Source: an uncultured Armatimonadetes bacterium
Lineage (GTDB): Bacteria; Armatimonadota; UBA5829; DTJY01
Length of the DNA stretch: 64,000 bases
Reading direction: 5' to 3'
NCBI GenBank assembly: GCA_963717145.1
Contig: OY970325.1
Location: 2,432,001-2,496,000 of the forward strand
How positions within the stretch are numbered: position 1 is the first letter of the stretch; every line of letters begins with the position of its first letter. Below are positions 61,454-64,000 of the stretch, one piece after another. The notes beneath the pieces are model-generated. The model had not been told where the DNA came from, did not search any database, and worked only from the letters and a program-made list of their open reading frames with translations. The translations under genes and the position numbers were made by a program.

Positions 61454-64000
61454 CTACGTCGGCTTGCCGGTGTAGAGGATCTGCGGGCTCACCGGTAGCT
61501 TGGGCGCGATCGGGAGCGGCCTGCCATACTCGTCCGTCCTGAGCGCGGTATACACAGTCCCGGCCTGCAGGACCGGATGGGAAAGCAGGTCGTCGTATAT
61601 GATCGTCAACCCCTTGCGCCTCTTATAGTCCGTATCGTTCGGATCGAGCGACGGCCGGTAGTCCTTCGTGGACTCAGCGGAACTCCCGTGATGGTCCGGG
61701 ATCCAGCCCCATTTTTCCATCCATGCGCTCGCGTCGCCAACGGAAGCCGGCATGTTCTCACTGATCGCGCCGTACACCGTGACTCGCACATCGAGCGGCT
61801 GACCGTAGTACGGCCACCTCTCCTCGATCCCAACGGCTGAGGCACTGCGACGCGTACTGCCTTCGACGTCGTCGGGGTCGGGATTGAACCACTCGCCCGG
61901 GATCACGAAGAACGACTTGTTCTGGGCATACATGATCGCTTCGATGCGGATGTCCATCGGCTGTATGGCCGCGCGGGATACGTAGTAGTCCTGCGGCGCC
62001 ATCGGAAGGCTCTGGCTCTGATCGAGTTGGAAGCCTATCCTGTTCTCCGCACCGGGAATCACATTGAAATTGTACGCACCGTTCGGAGTCGGCCAGAGGC
62101 CGAATACCTGGTGCTCCCAGCTTTCGTACTGCTGGATGGCGTATCGGTTCGGCCACACGACCGGATCGCCGAGCGCATAGATGTATGATGTCGGCAACGG
62201 CAGGTTGAACTGATAGAACGAGTAGAACGAGTTCCCGGCCAACTCCGTGTCGGTCGGCGGCCAGTTGACGAGCATGTTCACGTAGCTCGCGCCACCTGGA
62301 GCGGCTGTATGCCGAACGAACAACTCCACGGACCGGTTGTACATAGTCGGGTCCTCGCCGAACGCGAAGTTGAACCAGAACGCGGATGTGGACGACACGT
62401 CGAAGAAGCCCGATCCCGGTCCGGGGAACGGCACTTCCTTGAGCGGGGCGAAGAACTTGGTCGTGTTCACGCAGACGTAGTCATCGGCCAGCAGCGCGAT
62501 CGAGCAATTGGGATCCGCAACGGTGGGAGTCTTCGGGTCGCGATACTTGAGGATGTTGCCATCGACATAGATCGTGCGTCCCGATACGACTGTGAGTCTC
62601 CCCAGATTGGATTCTGTGTCCAGGCTGCCATCCTTCCTTCGCGGGCATGGCGGAAGCATTCCTTTGATGTGGACATTCCCCTCGGCGAAGAGGACGCCAT
62701 TCTTCGGATAGGGCATGATGATCTGCTCGCCGCTCGCGGGCAGAGGATTCCCGTTCATGTCCTTCCAGATATACCGGGCGCTCTCATCTCTGGTGATGAT
62801 CATATCGGGACCATCGGCCGGGCCGATGTGCTTGGGATCCGAATCATCGAGATCGTAGGGGAACAGCTCGACCGTTATGCCGGGCGGATCGTAGTACGGC
62901 CCGTGCCAGTACTGGGACGACCCCGGCTGAGTCCAGTCGGCGCGCATGGTATACCCGACGCTCTCGGTCTGAACGTCGCGGCTGTTGTCGATGTAGATGC
63001 CGTCGCCCCAGCCCCAGTAGCCGGTGTTGTACCATGTGACGACTCCGCTGCCGTCGGTGTAACTTCGCCACTCGCCGGAGTTCCGAGTGAGTTCACGGTA
63101 TCGGCTCAACCGTCCGGCGACACCGACCGAGTCGAGGTTCGGCGGCTCGAGACGCAGGATCTCTCTCGGCCGGCCATAGATGTCTCCGCCCTGATTGCCG
63201 TCTCGATACCAACCGAGTTCGCGATCGGATACGAGAAGTGCCGGCGTAGTCAAACCCGGAGCTGTATTGAAAATCGGCTGGTTGCTCGCATTGACCGCGT
63301 TGCTTTCCTCCGCCTGGAAATCGGCGTATCCGGGCGTGCTGACTATCACTTCTGTGGCGATCGATAGCTTCGGGTCGCCCATCGAGTCCTCATGGCGGAT
63401 ATCGCCTGCCACCTCGACGCCCTGACCTCTGAGCGGATCGAGCCAGATGATGTTGCGGCCATGCCAGATCAGATCGCCGTTCACGCGGATCGGCGCTCCG
63501 TAGACCTTTTTGTTGCTCTGTGCGTCTGTCTTGAGTTCACCGAACTCCGTGATATAGTTGGGAGCGCCAAGTGTCGCGGCCGTCGGAACGCGGTCTTTGT
63601 TCGTGATGAACCGCGCGTAGTCCGTGATGGCGACCGGCTTGTAGGCGACGAGTTCCTTGCGAAGCCTGATCGGCTGCTTGTTCTGGTAAGTCGTCGGATC
63701 GTTCACATCGACTACGCCCATGCGGCCGACCGTGTCGATCCTGATGAACTTCGACATCGGGTCATCCGGCCTGGGCTGGTAGGATACCTTGAGGAGGAAC
63801 CGTCCCTTGCCATATGTATAGCGGCTGTAGCCCTGCATGAGCCACGTGTAATCGGGATCGCTGGGGTCCGGAAGCTGATTGGCCGCCGGAGCAGGGCCTA
63901 CGCCTTCCAGGTTCTTCACCAGTTCGGGATACTCCGGCACGGGACGCCAGTCGGCGCCGTCATCGCTGTACGTAAGTTGATGGTCGGCGTACCGGATGCC
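61454..64000 (-). CDS. large PilX-like / pilus-associated protein; 5' end lies beyond the window
   Basis: Frame open to 64000 (GIRYADHQLTYSDDGADWRP), resembling the helix after a PilX AEAG motif; later NGVLFAEGNVHIKG and IYVDGNI beta-rich motifs. Confidence 0.55.
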   Translation of the reverse strand, partial: GIRYADHQLTYSDDGADWRPVPEYPELVKNLEGVGPAPAANQLPDPSDPDYTWLMQGYSRYTYGKGRFLLKVSYQPRPDDPMSKFIRIDTVGRMGVVDVNDPTTYQNKQPIRLRKELVAYKPVAITDYARFITNKDRVPTAATLGAPNYITEFGELKTDAQSNKKVYGAPIRVNGDLIWHGRNIIWLDPLRGQGVEVAGDIRHEDSMGDPKLSIATEVIVSTPGYADFQAEESNAVNASNQPIFNTAPGLTTPALLVSDRELGWYRDGNQGGDIYGRPREILRLEPPNLDSVGVAGRLSRYRELTRNSGEWRSYTDGSGVVTWYNTGYWGWGDGIYIDNSRDVQTESVGYTMRADWTQPGSSQYWHGPYYDPPGITVELFPYDLDDSDPKHIGPADGPDMIITRDESARYIWKDMNGNPLPASGEQIIMPYPKNGVLFAEGNVHIKGMLPPCPRRKDGSLDTESNLGRLTVVSGRTIYVDGNILKYRDPKTPTVADPNCSIALLADDYVCVNTTKFFAPLKEVPFPGPGSGFFDVSSTSAFWFNFAFGEDPTMYNRSVELFVRHTAAPGGASYVNMLVNWPPTDTELAGNSFYSFYQFNLPLPTSYIYALGDPVVWPNRYAIQQYESWEHQVFGLWPTPNGAYNFNVIPGAENRIGFQLDQSQSLPMAPQDYYVSRAAIQPMDIRIEAIMYAQNKSFFVIPGEWFNPDPDDVEGSTRRSASAVGIEERWPYYGQPLDVRVTVYGAISENMPASVGDASAWMEKWGWIPDHHGSSAESTKDYRPSLDPNDTDYKRRKGLTIIYDDLLSHPVLQAGTVYTALRTDEYGRPLPIAPKLPVSPQILYTGKPT

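Overview
High-GC bacterial chromosome segment; every credible gene is on the minus strand. In transcription order (right to left): (1) a type IV filament/T2SS-like cluster with a PilX-like giant protein cut by the window edge, two very large secreted PQQ-like beta-propeller proteins, pilM-N-O-(P), a secretin-N-only protein with a Gly/Met/Tyr tail, and a secretin; (2) L10 leader-rplJL, rpoB, rpoC; (3) the str, S10, spc and alpha ribosomal superoperon through truA-rplM-rpsI, with a second EF-G-family gene between rplE and rpsN and no infA; (4) an SH3-NlpC/P60 hydrolase; (5) an arginine operon argJ-argB-argD-clpN-clpN::argF-argG-argH. The strongest candidate for an undescribed system is in the arg operon. 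It carries a stand-alone Clp N-terminal (phospho-arginine-reader fold) gene, a Clp-N domain fused in frame to ornithine carbamoyltransferase with an internal RBS, and an internal promoter/leader/terminator whose short ORF places two AGA Arg codons in the terminator arm. Other points of interest are a long attenuator-like rpsL leader, a CxxC-CxxC insertion in RpoB, an archaeal-looking ArgG, and many intergenic REP-like palindromes, some nested. rpoB/rpoC (about 34.0-41.0 kb), argG, pilM and one propeller gene carry indels that look like sequencing or consensus errors. Gene content suggests a diderm Terrabacteria lineage such as Armatimonadota; this is inference only. All protein assignments come from recognising motifs by eye, not from database searches.
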